Below are positions 27,811-36,753 of a stretch of 64,000 nucleotides of DNA, piece by piece. The notes beneath the pieces were generated by a model, which was not told the DNA's origin, did no database searches, and saw nothing but the letters and a program-made list of their open reading frames with translations. The first letter of the stretch is position 1, and each line of letters starts with the position of its first letter. The translations under genes and the position numbers were made by a program. Origin of the DNA: Terriglobia bacterium (lineage in GTDB: Bacteria; Acidobacteriota; Terriglobia; JAJPHL01; JAPKYU01); NCBI GenBank assembly GCA_965206645.1, contig CBDBKE010000004.1:256001-320000 (forward strand), given 5' to 3'.

Positions 27811-28467
27811 ATGCCGATTCGATTCGCATCCTTACTGATGCTAGCAGTCTGTCTGGCCACGGTTCCCGCCGTGGCCGACTATAAGTTGGAGAAGGGAGCG
27901 GCCGCTCCGGAGGAAGTTCCGGCGGCGCTGAAGGAGCTGGTGGAAGCGCCGGGCCTCCGAGTCGTGAAAGCTGCGGGTGCACCCTACGCCGAATTGTGGC
28001 TGCACAAGGCCCTGGCCGGGGCAGCCAAACCTTCCGAGGGCGACGTCCTCTACACCGGACTTGCTGAGGGAGCGTTTCTAGGGGTGTGGCGCTTTGTCGC
28101 CAAGGGTTCTGATTTTCGCGGCCAGTCCATGAACCCCGGTCTCTACACCATGCGCTACGCTCGAATGCCGGCCGATGGGAATCATATGGGCGCCGCGCAG
28201 TACCGGGACTTCATCTTACTGGTCCCCCTCGCCGCAGACTCCAACCCCGCCGCTCAACTGCCGTTCGCTGAGCTTGTGGCCTTGAGCCGCAAAGCCTCCG
28301 GGACCGGCCATCCGGCGGTTTTCCCGCTGGCCTCTCCCGAAAGCGTGACCGAACCGACCCTGACGAAAGACTACGAGGAAAATTGGATCCTGAAGATCAG
28401 GGTCTCCACCAAATGCGGCGAGCCGATGCCGTTCGCGATCGGCGTGTTTGGCCGCGCCGAGCAGTAA
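27811..28467 (+). CDS. Exported hypothetical protein
   Basis: Signal peptide (AVA-DY); DFRGQ..PGLYTMRY..P.DGNHMG...RDF.LL and SGTGHP motifs typical of acidobacterial/planctomycete hypotheticals. Confidence 0.7.
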   Translation: MPIRFASLLMLAVCLATVPAVADYKLEKGAAAPEEVPAALKELVEAPGLRVVKAAGAPYAELWLHKALAGAAKPSEGDVLYTGLAEGAFLGVWRFVAKGSDFRGQSMNPGLYTMRYARMPADGNHMGAAQYRDFILLVPLAADSNPAAQLPFAELVALSRKASGTGHPAVFPLASPESVTEPTLTKDYEENWILKIRVSTKCGEPMPFAIGVFGRAEQ

Positions 28468-28578
28468 GACCTTCCAGCCCCTCCAGAGGCTCGACCCGGA
28501 CGGACCAGAAGCCGGCGCGGCACTGTGGTGCGTGGCAATTCTGACCAGCGAGCTATTCTTCGGCTACAATTATTAGAG

Positions 28579-30435
28579 ATGGCATTAGATTTGGGCACGA
28601 AAGCGGTTTTCTATCCTGGGTGCGCGGCTTTTTGTTTGCTGCTGGTAACTCCGCCGGGCGCCGCGCGGGCCGACATTTCGCCGGAGCGCTATCTGGAGCA
28701 CGTCAAGGTGCTGGCCGGTGAGGAGATGAAGGGTCGTGGCAACGACCGGCCGGAACTGCAACTGGCCGCCAAATACGTGGCCAAGCAATTCCGCGCCTGC
28801 GGCCTTCAGCCGCTCAACGGCAGCTACTTTCAGAAATTCCGGGCGACCACGGGTACCAGCGTCGGTCGCAATAATCGCCTGACGGCCCGGTTCCCGGACA
28901 GCACCAAGTCCTACAAGAGTGGCAAGGACTTCGTGTCATTAGGAATCAGCGATCCTGGCACGGTCTCCGGTCAGGTTGTGTTTGCCGGCTACGGGATCAC
29001 CGCCGCCGAGTACAACTACGACGATTACGCGCACCTGGACGTGAAGGGCAAGATCGTGCTGGTTCTTCGCCACGAGCCGCAAGAGCGGGACGACAAGAGC
29101 GTGTTCATGGGCCGCGAGTTCACCAGCCACGCAGGCATCGTGCAAAAGACCATCAACGCGCGGCTGCACGGAGCGGCGGCGCTGCTCCTGGTGAACGACC
29201 CCAACCAGCACCCTGGCGATAAGGATCCGCTGCTGAAAGTAGGCGCGCTGATGGGGCCTGAGCACCTGGGTCTGCTGGCCATTCAGGTGAAACGTAAGGT
29301 TGCCGATGCGCTGCTCGCGACGGTCCGCAGGAGTCTGAAAGCTGCACAGGAAGCCCTTGACCACGATCTGTCCAACCTTTCCGTAGCCCTTCCTGTCCGG
29401 GTCCAATTGAAGGTGGACGTAACCCGGCTCACGCGGGAGCTGGAAAACGTCGTCGGCATCCTGCCCGGCAATGACCCGGCGCTGGCCAGCGAAGCCGTGG
29501 TGATCGGCGCGCATTATGATCATCTCGGCCTGGGCCGGCGCAGCTCGCTGGCCCGTCGGAAGGTCGGGAAAATCCACTACGGAGCTGACGACAATGCCTC
29601 CGGAACGGCTGGCCTGTTGGAGCTGGCCTGCGACCTGGCTGGCCGGGCTGAGCAGCAGCCTGGGAAACTGAAGCGCAGTATCGTGTTCCTGGCCTTCGCC
29701 GCGGAGGAGCTGGGCCTGCTTGGCTCCGGCCATTATGCCCGCAATCCGCTGGTCGCCATGGAGAAGACGATCGCCATGATCAATCTGGACATGATCGGCC
29801 GCCCGAGAGACCGCATGGTTTATGTGGGCGGTGTGGGGACGTCCCGGGAGTTCCGCGCACTGGTGGAAAAAGAGAACGAGGCTGTTGCGCTAAAGCTGAA
29901 GTATTCGCTGGGGGGATACGGCGCCAGCGATCACTCCTCGTTCACGGCGCGCCAGGTGCCGGTGCTGTTCTTTTTTTCCGGCTTGCACTCGGACTACCAC
30001 AAGCCCAGCGATACCTGGGAAAAGATCAATGCCCCTGATGCGGCCGACGTGCTCCGACTGGTCCGGCGGGTGGTGTTTCGGCTGAACACCCATCCCCGGC
30101 GCCCGCTCTTTGTCCGGGTGGCTGCGCCTGGCATTGCCGCCAGTTCCGCACCCAGAGGCGGCGGCTACGGGCCTTATTTCGGAAGCATTCCGGACTTCGC
30201 CGAAGTCGAAAACGGCGTGCGCTTCGCCGACATCAAAGATGGCAGTCCCGCTGCCAGCGCCGGACTCCAGGCGGGTGACATCCTGGTGGAGTTTGATGGC
30301 AAGGCCGTGAAGAACCTTTACGACTTCACCTACCTGCTCCGCGCTCACCAGCCGGGTGATGAAGTGGGGATCGTGGTGATACGGAAGCAGCAGAGGATCA
30401 CTGCCAGGGTCACTCTCGGCCATCGTCCAGGCTAG
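28579..30435 (+). CDS. M28-family peptidase with PA and C-terminal PDZ domains
   Basis: VFAGYGI, IGAHYDHLG, GADDNASG, AEELGLLGS, NLDMIG, SDH, HSDYHKPSD; PDZ GSPAASAGLQAGD. Start uncertain. Confidence 0.92.
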   Translation: MALDLGTKAVFYPGCAAFCLLLVTPPGAARADISPERYLEHVKVLAGEEMKGRGNDRPELQLAAKYVAKQFRACGLQPLNGSYFQKFRATTGTSVGRNNRLTARFPDSTKSYKSGKDFVSLGISDPGTVSGQVVFAGYGITAAEYNYDDYAHLDVKGKIVLVLRHEPQERDDKSVFMGREFTSHAGIVQKTINARLHGAAALLLVNDPNQHPGDKDPLLKVGALMGPEHLGLLAIQVKRKVADALLATVRRSLKAAQEALDHDLSNLSVALPVRVQLKVDVTRLTRELENVVGILPGNDPALASEAVVIGAHYDHLGLGRRSSLARRKVGKIHYGADDNASGTAGLLELACDLAGRAEQQPGKLKRSIVFLAFAAEELGLLGSGHYARNPLVAMEKTIAMINLDMIGRPRDRMVYVGGVGTSREFRALVEKENEAVALKLKYSLGGYGASDHSSFTARQVPVLFFFSGLHSDYHKPSDTWEKINAPDAADVLRLVRRVVFRLNTHPRRPLFVRVAAPGIAASSAPRGGGYGPYFGSIPDFAEVENGVRFADIKDGSPAASAGLQAGDILVEFDGKAVKNLYDFTYLLRAHQPGDEVGIVVIRKQQRITARVTLGHRPG

Positions 30436-30497
30436 CTGGGGCACGAGCTAGCCGTCGTCCGAACTAGCCATCGTCCGAACTAGAAAGTGACAAGGCT

Positions 30498-31211
30498 GTG
30501 CCAGAATTACCCATCTCCCGTGTGGCCATCGGGTTTCGTCCAAAGTTCCTGGACTTCCACCGCGGCATCCGAGTAGGGAACCTGGAATCGCATGAGCGGA
30601 TCACCCGGATCCTGAAGCTGGCTCTGGAGAGCCGCTATCAGCAGCCTTTTGTCACCGACCGCTGGGGCCGCGGCGTCTTCTGGCAGTGGATCTGTTTCCT
30701 GCTCCGCGCCAACCGTCTGGCCAAACCGGAATCGAATCACATCAATTTCGGCTGCTCCAAGTTTTTCCTCATGGTGGATACCGAAGAGCGACAATTCAAA
30801 TGCGGGATGCAGGTCGAGCGTGGATACCTGAGAGCGCCACGCGGCTTTCTCCAGGCCCGGCTACGCCCGGATTGGGACTGGTACCGGCTGCTTCGGGGAT
30901 TATCGCCGCGCAGCCCGCTGGAGCGGGAACTGCGCCGGTTGGTCGAGCGCGAAGGCTTCTGGCTCCACGCCGGAAGCTGGGACCAGCCCCAGCGCTACGG
31001 TCAGAGAAATTTTCCCGGGGCCGCCCGGCTACGGCGCGCCTTGCAGAGCGCCCCGGCGAGCGACTGGTGCGGCTTCCAGCTTTACTACCGCATGGAAGAG
31101 CCCGAGGTGCAAAGCTCCACGGGGCTGGACCTTGTGGAGGCAATGCTGGCGATCTACCAGGAAGTCACCCCTGTAATGAATCTCTGCATGCAGGTACGCA
31201 TGCAGAGTTAA
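30498..31211 (+). CDS. Hypothetical protein (aromatic/Arg-rich)
   Basis: 237-aa ORF with coding-like codon usage between co-oriented genes; no motif recognised. Confidence 0.65.
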   Translation: MPELPISRVAIGFRPKFLDFHRGIRVGNLESHERITRILKLALESRYQQPFVTDRWGRGVFWQWICFLLRANRLAKPESNHINFGCSKFFLMVDTEERQFKCGMQVERGYLRAPRGFLQARLRPDWDWYRLLRGLSPRSPLERELRRLVEREGFWLHAGSWDQPQRYGQRNFPGAARLRRALQSAPASDWCGFQLYYRMEEPEVQSSTGLDLVEAMLAIYQEVTPVMNLCMQVRMQS

Positions 31212-31349
31212 GAATCCCGCATTGGAAGTTTGCGATCATCCGGCTGCACCCCTCGTGTTGCGGCGGGGAGGCGGATTCCTCGCTGCGCTCGGAATGGCGG
31301 AGAAGCGACTTTTGCATCATTTTGCCAGGAGGCTTATATACTCTCTGCC

Positions 31350-32669
31350 ATGAATCGCCGATGCCTCCTGTGGTGGAGTTTTCTGCTCCTTGTAGCGGTT
31401 TCCGTGCGGGCTGAGGATTGGCCGGAATGGCGGGGGAAGGGCCGGCTCGGTGTGTGGACGGAAACCGGTGTTCTGGAAACCTTCTCTGAAAAGGGACTGC
31501 AGATTAAGTGGCGGACGCCAATCAAGGGAGGCTACAGCGGTCCGGCCGTGGCGGGAGGTCGGGTGTTTGTCCTGGATTTCTCTCCCACGGAAGTGAACAA
31601 AGGGATCGAGCGCCTCCTCTGTCTAGATGAAAAAACAGGCCGCATTCTTTGGACACGGGAGTGGGAGACTGACTACACGGGCCTCATGGGAACGTATGCC
31701 ATCGGGCCGCGGACCACGCCGACGGTGGATGGCGATCGCGTGTACGCCTTGGGCACCACCGGCATTCTCCTCTGCCTCAGCGTCAAGAACGGCGCGATCC
31801 TGTGGAAGAAAGATTTTGTGAACGACTACGGGACCGAGGTGCCGGTCTGGGGAATGACCGGCGCGCCGGTGGTGGACGGGGCGCGACTCATCGCGCTGGT
31901 GGGGGGCAAGCCGGATGCCAAGGTGGTGGCGTTCGACAAAATGACTGGGGAGGAAATCTGGCGGTCCCTTCCTTCGAGCAGCGAGCCGGGGTATTGCCCG
32001 CCGGTCCTCATCCAGGCTGGCGGCGCGCGGCAACTGCTGATCTGGCATCCTCAGGCGCTCGCCTCCCTGGACCCGGCAACCGGCAAGGTTTACTGGGAGC
32101 AACCCTTCAAGGTTCGCTCCAGTCTCACAGTCGCAACTCCGGTTCGGAGCGGGTCGCGCCTGCTGGTCTCTTCGTTTTACAACGGCAGCATGATGCTGGA
32201 ACTCAATCCGGCCAAACCTCGCGGCCGCCTGATCTGGAAAGGCAAAAGCGACAGCGAGATCAAAACCGACGGTCTGCACGCGCTCATTTCGACTCCGGTC
32301 GTAGCCGGGGACTACATCTACGGTATCTGCAGTTACGGCCAATTTCGTTGCTTGAACGCCAAAACCGGTGAGCGCATTTGGGAAACCCTTGCGGTGACGA
32401 AAGAACGAGCCAGATGGGCTGCAGGGTTTATCGTTCGCCACGGGGATCGCTACTTCATTAACAACGACCGCGGTGAGTTGATCATTGCAAAGTTGTCGCC
32501 CGCAGGGTATCGGGAAATCAGTCGCACCAAGCTGATTCAGCCGACGTCCCGCGTCAGCAGGCGTCGCGAACTTGGCGCGGTGAACTGGTCGCATCCCGCT
32601 TACGCGAACAAGCACATCTTCGCACGTAACGACAAAGAAATCCTCTGCGCTTCGCTGGAGAAGAAGTAG
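31350..32669 (+). CDS. PQQ-binding-like beta-propeller repeat protein
   Basis: Signal peptide, EDWPEWRG, GYSGPAVAGGRVF, repeated LDxxTGxxxW and WSHPAYAN motifs. Confidence 0.9.
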   Translation: MNRRCLLWWSFLLLVAVSVRAEDWPEWRGKGRLGVWTETGVLETFSEKGLQIKWRTPIKGGYSGPAVAGGRVFVLDFSPTEVNKGIERLLCLDEKTGRILWTREWETDYTGLMGTYAIGPRTTPTVDGDRVYALGTTGILLCLSVKNGAILWKKDFVNDYGTEVPVWGMTGAPVVDGARLIALVGGKPDAKVVAFDKMTGEEIWRSLPSSSEPGYCPPVLIQAGGARQLLIWHPQALASLDPATGKVYWEQPFKVRSSLTVATPVRSGSRLLVSSFYNGSMMLELNPAKPRGRLIWKGKSDSEIKTDGLHALISTPVVAGDYIYGICSYGQFRCLNAKTGERIWETLAVTKERARWAAGFIVRHGDRYFINNDRGELIIAKLSPAGYREISRTKLIQPTSRVSRRRELGAVNWSHPAYANKHIFARNDKEILCASLEKK

Positions 32670-32722
32670 GGGCCGCTCCCTCACGATCGCGGCTCGTCGG
32701 GCGCGGGTGGCTCAATGAAATT

Positions 32723-33464
32723 GGGTCCCGAGTGACCTCTCGGGCAAGCTCTCCTCTTCCGTCTCGACTACGATCCCCCGAACGTCCGTTCCCGGTTCTC
32801 CCGGGATAGGCGACTGAAGCTCCGCGTGCGCTCTTCCCCGATTCCGCTCGTCGTCGACGCTCGATCTTCCTGCCTTGCGACAGAAAGGCACCGAAACCAG
32901 GGTTGCCGCGTACGGTATCCCCGACCCTTACTCGGCTGAAACCTTGCGACCCCAGCCTTTCACAGCCGGATATTCTCCTGTCGATCCTTCCCGAAAAACC
33001 TCTTCAGCTCCCCGGGTTGGCGTCCAAGGGTCCTCCGGTCCGACCCTCCTCCCGACCTTTCGATCGGGATTTAGGCCCCCAGTGGTTTCCCTGGCTATCC
33101 CTGCCCCGCGCCTTGCAGCGGGGTTCGGTGACCGAGCTATCCCTGCAGTTCCAACCCGGCGCCTTGCGGCCCCGAGCCAGCCTGCGCTTCCTGCTCAGTT
33201 CTTCGACGGCGGAGCCTTTCAGCTAACGCCACCGCGCTTCCAGTTCCTCCCTGGGTTTTTCCAGTCGGGTCACCCTTGCGGGCGCTCTGACTGGCCGTCC
33301 GGGATTTCCCCTGGGTTCCTGCCGGCCCGCAATTACTTGCGAGCCAGTCGTCCACAGGTTCCCTTCAGGTCCTTCTGATCCCAACCTTGCGACTGAGATC
33401 AGTTGTTCGGGATCCGCAATCTTCAGCAGAATGCTTAGCCTGCCTTCCAGATCTCTCGGAACCC
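32723..33464 (-). ncRNA. Candidate large (~742 nt) highly structured non-coding RNA of unknown class
   Basis: 5' GGGUUCCGAG pairs with 3' CUCGGGACCC, and a nested GGCAGGCU/AGCUUGCC helix follows. GNRA-capped G-U-rich hairpins at 33375-33402, 33322-33347, 33261-33294, 33050-33069, 32934-32957 and 32866-32887, among others. Promoter directly upstream; no credible ORF. Confidence 0.75.
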
Positions 33465-33471
33465 GGGCGTC

Positions 33472-33500
33472 TTTTTACTCTTCGCGCAAGAACGAGTCAA
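33472..33500 (-). promoter_or_regulatory. Sigma70-type promoter for the candidate ncRNA
   Basis: TTGACT (33500-33495), 17-nt spacer, TAAAAA (33477-33472). A/T-rich UP-like tract at ~33501-33524. Predicted +1 near G33464, the first base of the closing helix. Confidence 0.7.
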
Positions 33501-33748
33501 GAATTTTATTCTCTTTCTTTTCAACACGTAAGAAATCCGCAGGCTTCTTCGTGCAGCAATGCAATCACGGCTTTGGCAAGCTCTGCCCGGAGCGGCAGAG
33601 TCGCCCGGTCCAACCTGATGAAACCCGCGCCAGTCATGGCTCTTGCGCTCTGCACCGTCGTGCAGCAGAACGAGCTAGAACAGAAGATTCCCAGGATGTT
33701 CAGCTATGCCTAGACTGGACCTGACAGTGAGTTAAGAAATGCGTCGGG

Positions 33749-34780
33749 CTAGCGAAGTTCTTCCATGATCTCGTCCAGCACCTCTTTGTTTGGCCGGACG
33801 CTGTCTTCGGGCAGAGAGGCGAGTGGTGCGTCCACCATGTTCAGTAAATCCAGAAAATTCTTTTGGCGGGTTTCCAGATAGAGCAAACCCGTGAAGATGT
33901 GCCCTGTCTGCTGCGATTCCAGCAGGGCCCCGAGCGCGCCAGACTTGCTGGTGGGATCGTAGTCGTGGCCGAGCTTCTTCAGCACCACTCGCGAGCCGTC
34001 GTGCATCTCGACCTCCGTCGTTTGGCCGGGCTCATAATCCACGTCGATCTCTTTATAGGTTGGAATGAAGTCAATCTCGTGCAGCGGCTCCTCGTGCTGC
34101 TTCATGTAGGAGTAGCTCTTGGTTGAACCCTTGTGGTCGTTGAAGGCGACACACGGGGAAATGATGTCCAGCAGGATGGCGCCGCGGTGGGAGGTGGCCG
34201 CCTTCAACAGGGCCAGCAGTTGCTTCTTGTCGCCGGAGAACGAACGGGCCACGAAAGTGGCACCTAACTGAATCGCCAGGGCGCAGCAGTCAATCGTCGG
34301 CAGGTCGTTGACGGCCCCGCTCTTCAGCTTCGACCCTGTGTCGGCGGTGGCCGAGAACTGGCCTTTAGTGAGCCCGTACACGCCGTTGTTCTCGATGACG
34401 TAGATGATGGGCAGGTTGCGGCGCATGAGGTGGACAAACTGTCCGATGCCGATCGAGGCGGTGTCGCCGTCACCGCTGACCCCGATTTGAACCAGGTTGC
34501 GATTGGCCATCGCCGCTCCGGTCGCCACAGAGGGCATCCGGCCATGGACGCTATTGAAGCCGTGCGAGCCTTGCAGAAAGTAGGCGGGCGTTTTACTGGA
34601 GCAGCCGATCCCGCTGAACTTGGTTACCTGGTAGGGGTCGACCCCCAGGTCGTAGAAGGCGTCGATGATGCGCTCGGAGATGGCGTTGTGGCCGCAGCCG
34701 GCGCACAGTGTGGTCTTGCTGCCGCGGTAGACGGCCAGCTCCAACCCGACTCGGTTCAGTTTCTGAGGCGTGGCGCTCAT
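33749..34780 (-). CDS. korB: 2-oxoacid:ferredoxin oxidoreductase beta subunit
   Basis: LCAGCGH, SGIGCSSK, HGR, SGDGD..SIG, NNGVYGLTKGQFS and SPCV motifs. Confidence 0.92.
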   Translation of the reverse strand: MSATPQKLNRVGLELAVYRGSKTTLCAGCGHNAISERIIDAFYDLGVDPYQVTKFSGIGCSSKTPAYFLQGSHGFNSVHGRMPSVATGAAMANRNLVQIGVSGDGDTASIGIGQFVHLMRRNLPIIYVIENNGVYGLTKGQFSATADTGSKLKSGAVNDLPTIDCCALAIQLGATFVARSFSGDKKQLLALLKAATSHRGAILLDIISPCVAFNDHKGSTKSYSYMKQHEEPLHEIDFIPTYKEIDVDYEPGQTTEVEMHDGSRVVLKKLGHDYDPTSKSGALGALLESQQTGHIFTGLLYLETRQKNFLDLLNMVDAPLASLPEDSVRPNKEVLDEIMEELR

Positions 34781-36645
34781 CTTGCCGCTGCTTTCTGCTC
34801 GGCGGGGATTCCTTCCTGGGCGAGGATGCCGTCGGTCACGCTGCGGGCATCCACCGGGAGGCCGTTGTAGTGGCGAATGCTGCGCAGCCTCTCCACGTTG
34901 CCCAAGGCCAGGTCAAGCCGAAGCAGGTCGTACATCTGGCCGTCGCGGTTCTGTTCCACCACGTAAACGCGCCGGTGGCTGTGAACGAACTCCTTGACTG
35001 CGTCGGTAAACGGGTAGCCCCGCAGGCGCAGGTAATCGGTTTCCATGCCATGCTCAGCGCGAAGCTGGTCGCGTGTTTCGACGATGGCCCAGTGGGTGGT
35101 GCCAAAGGCGATGATGCCCACCTCCGCACCATGCTCGTCCGCCTCCGCAGCTGGCACCATCTGGCGCGCGGTTTCGAACTTGCGGGCCAGCCGGTCCATG
35201 TTGTCCTTATAGTCAGCGGAGCGCTCGGTGTACTCGGCATTCTCGTTGTGGCCGCTGCCTCGAGCAAACCAGGCGGCGCGGGGATGACGCGTACCAGGCA
35301 GTGTGCGGTACGGTATGGCGTCGCCATCCACGTCCTTGTAGCGCCCCCATTGCTTCACTCTGTCCAAGTCTTCTGCTGAGAGGACCTTGCCCCGCCGCAG
35401 GGACTTGGCGGGATAGGGAAACGGGTCCGACATCCAATTGTTCATCCCCAGGTCCAGATCACTCATGATGAACACCGGCGTCTGCAGCTCGTCGGCCAGA
35501 TTGAATGCCTCCTGGGCCATGGCAAAGACTTCGTCGACCGAGCACGGAAACAGCATCACGTGTTTGGTGTCGCCATGGGAGAGGAACGCAGTAGACAGAA
35601 TGTCGCCTTGCATGGTGCGGGTGGGCAGGCCGGTGGAAGGCCCGACGCGCTGGATGTCAAAGATCACCGCTGGCAATTCCACGTAGTAGCCTAGACCGAC
35701 GAATTCCGACATCAGTGAGATTCCGGGACCGGAAGTGGAGGTCATGGAGCGAGCCCCGGCCCAGCTGGCTCCTAGAACCATGCCGATGGCGGCAAGTTCA
35801 TCTTCCGCCTGAACGATGGCGAAGGTGGCCTTGCCAGTTTCCGGGTCGGTGCGGTAGCGCTCCATGTACTGCCCCAGGGCCTCGCATAGCGACGAGGAAG
35901 GCGTAATGGGGTACCAGGTGACTACCGTGACGCCGGCAAACATACAGCCGAGCGCCGCCGCGGAGTTCCCATCAATGATGATCTTGCCCCGGGTGGCGTT
36001 CATTGACTCGACCCAGTAGGGGTCGCGCTTGGGAAGGTTCTGTTCGGCGTAGCTGTGGCCGACCTTCGCGGCGTTCCAGTTGAGCTCGGCGGCCTTGGCC
36101 TTCTTCTTGAACTGCTTGCGGAGTGCCTTCTCGACCTGGTCTATGTCAATGCCCAGCAGGCGCGCGACCACCCCGTCGTAGATCATGTTCCGGACCAGCC
36201 TGCGGAGCTTGGCGTCGGGGCAGCAGGTAGCCACCAGCTTGCCAAAGGGGACTGGGTAAAACACCAAGTCGTCGCGTAGCTGGTTCAGGTTCAGCGGTTC
36301 GTCGTAGACGACGGCGGCGCCTGGCGCCAAGCCTTGAACGTCTTCTCTGGCTGTTTCCTGGTTCATTGCCACCAGGAAATCAATTTCCTTCTTGCGTGCG
36401 ACGTATCCATGTTTGTTGGCGCGGATGGTGTACCAGGTGGGAAGCCCAGCGATATTGGAGGGAAACAGATTCTTGCCGGAAACGGGCACGCCCATCTGGA
36501 AAATGGCGCGCAGCAGGACCATATTGGCCGTCTGGCTGCCGGAACCGTTCACGGTGGCGACCTGAATACTCAGGTCGTTAATGATGCGGTCCTGCTGAAG
36601 TTGCTGAAAGTCGGCTTCGCGTGGGACGGTCGCCGTGGTGGACAT
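34777..36645 (-). CDS. korA: 2-oxoacid:acceptor oxidoreductase alpha subunit
   Basis: NGSGSQ, WYPITPSS, QAEDELAA, TSGPGISLM, QRVGPSTGLPT and VVEQNRDGQ motifs. Confidence 0.93.
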   Translation of the reverse strand: MSTTATVPREADFQQLQQDRIINDLSIQVATVNGSGSQTANMVLLRAIFQMGVPVSGKNLFPSNIAGLPTWYTIRANKHGYVARKKEIDFLVAMNQETAREDVQGLAPGAAVVYDEPLNLNQLRDDLVFYPVPFGKLVATCCPDAKLRRLVRNMIYDGVVARLLGIDIDQVEKALRKQFKKKAKAAELNWNAAKVGHSYAEQNLPKRDPYWVESMNATRGKIIIDGNSAAALGCMFAGVTVVTWYPITPSSSLCEALGQYMERYRTDPETGKATFAIVQAEDELAAIGMVLGASWAGARSMTSTSGPGISLMSEFVGLGYYVELPAVIFDIQRVGPSTGLPTRTMQGDILSTAFLSHGDTKHVMLFPCSVDEVFAMAQEAFNLADELQTPVFIMSDLDLGMNNWMSDPFPYPAKSLRRGKVLSAEDLDRVKQWGRYKDVDGDAIPYRTLPGTRHPRAAWFARGSGHNENAEYTERSADYKDNMDRLARKFETARQMVPAAEADEHGAEVGIIAFGTTHWAIVETRDQLRAEHGMETDYLRLRGYPFTDAVKEFVHSHRRVYVVEQNRDGQMYDLLRLDLALGNVERLRSIRHYNGLPVDARSVTDGILAQEGIPAEQKAAAR

Positions 36646-36753
36646 GCCTTCTCCCGGAGTGAGTGCCGGCTCCAAAACCTTTATTATAGCAAGATTGAGG
36701 GGCGGCGATGCTACTGAAGGAAAATCTCAGATAACTGAAATGGACACACGTGC

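Noticed and set aside
27660-30483. Short 16-bp repeats at 27660-27707 and 30448-30483 as CRISPR arrays
   Set aside because: Contiguous tandem units without unique spacers, too short, and no cas genes.
31273-31296. GATTCCTCGCTGCGCTCGGAATG small hairpin resembling a REP-type element
   Set aside because: Single degenerate copy in the window; cannot be supported as a repeat family without genome-wide data.
32875-33378. 167-aa plus-strand ORF (and 33137-33355 on the minus strand) across the structured region
   Set aside because: Pro/Ser/Phe-rich low-information translation, weak start, no RBS or motif; best explained as a by-product of the antisense purine-rich structured RNA.
32723-33464. Identification as RNase P RNA, tmRNA, 6S, rRNA fragment or group II intron
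   Set aside because: No GAGGAAAGUCC or P4 3' motif, no tRNA-like CCA end, no domain V hairpin or intron-encoded protein, no rRNA universal sequences, and too long for 6S or SRP. Judged by eye; cmscan is still needed.
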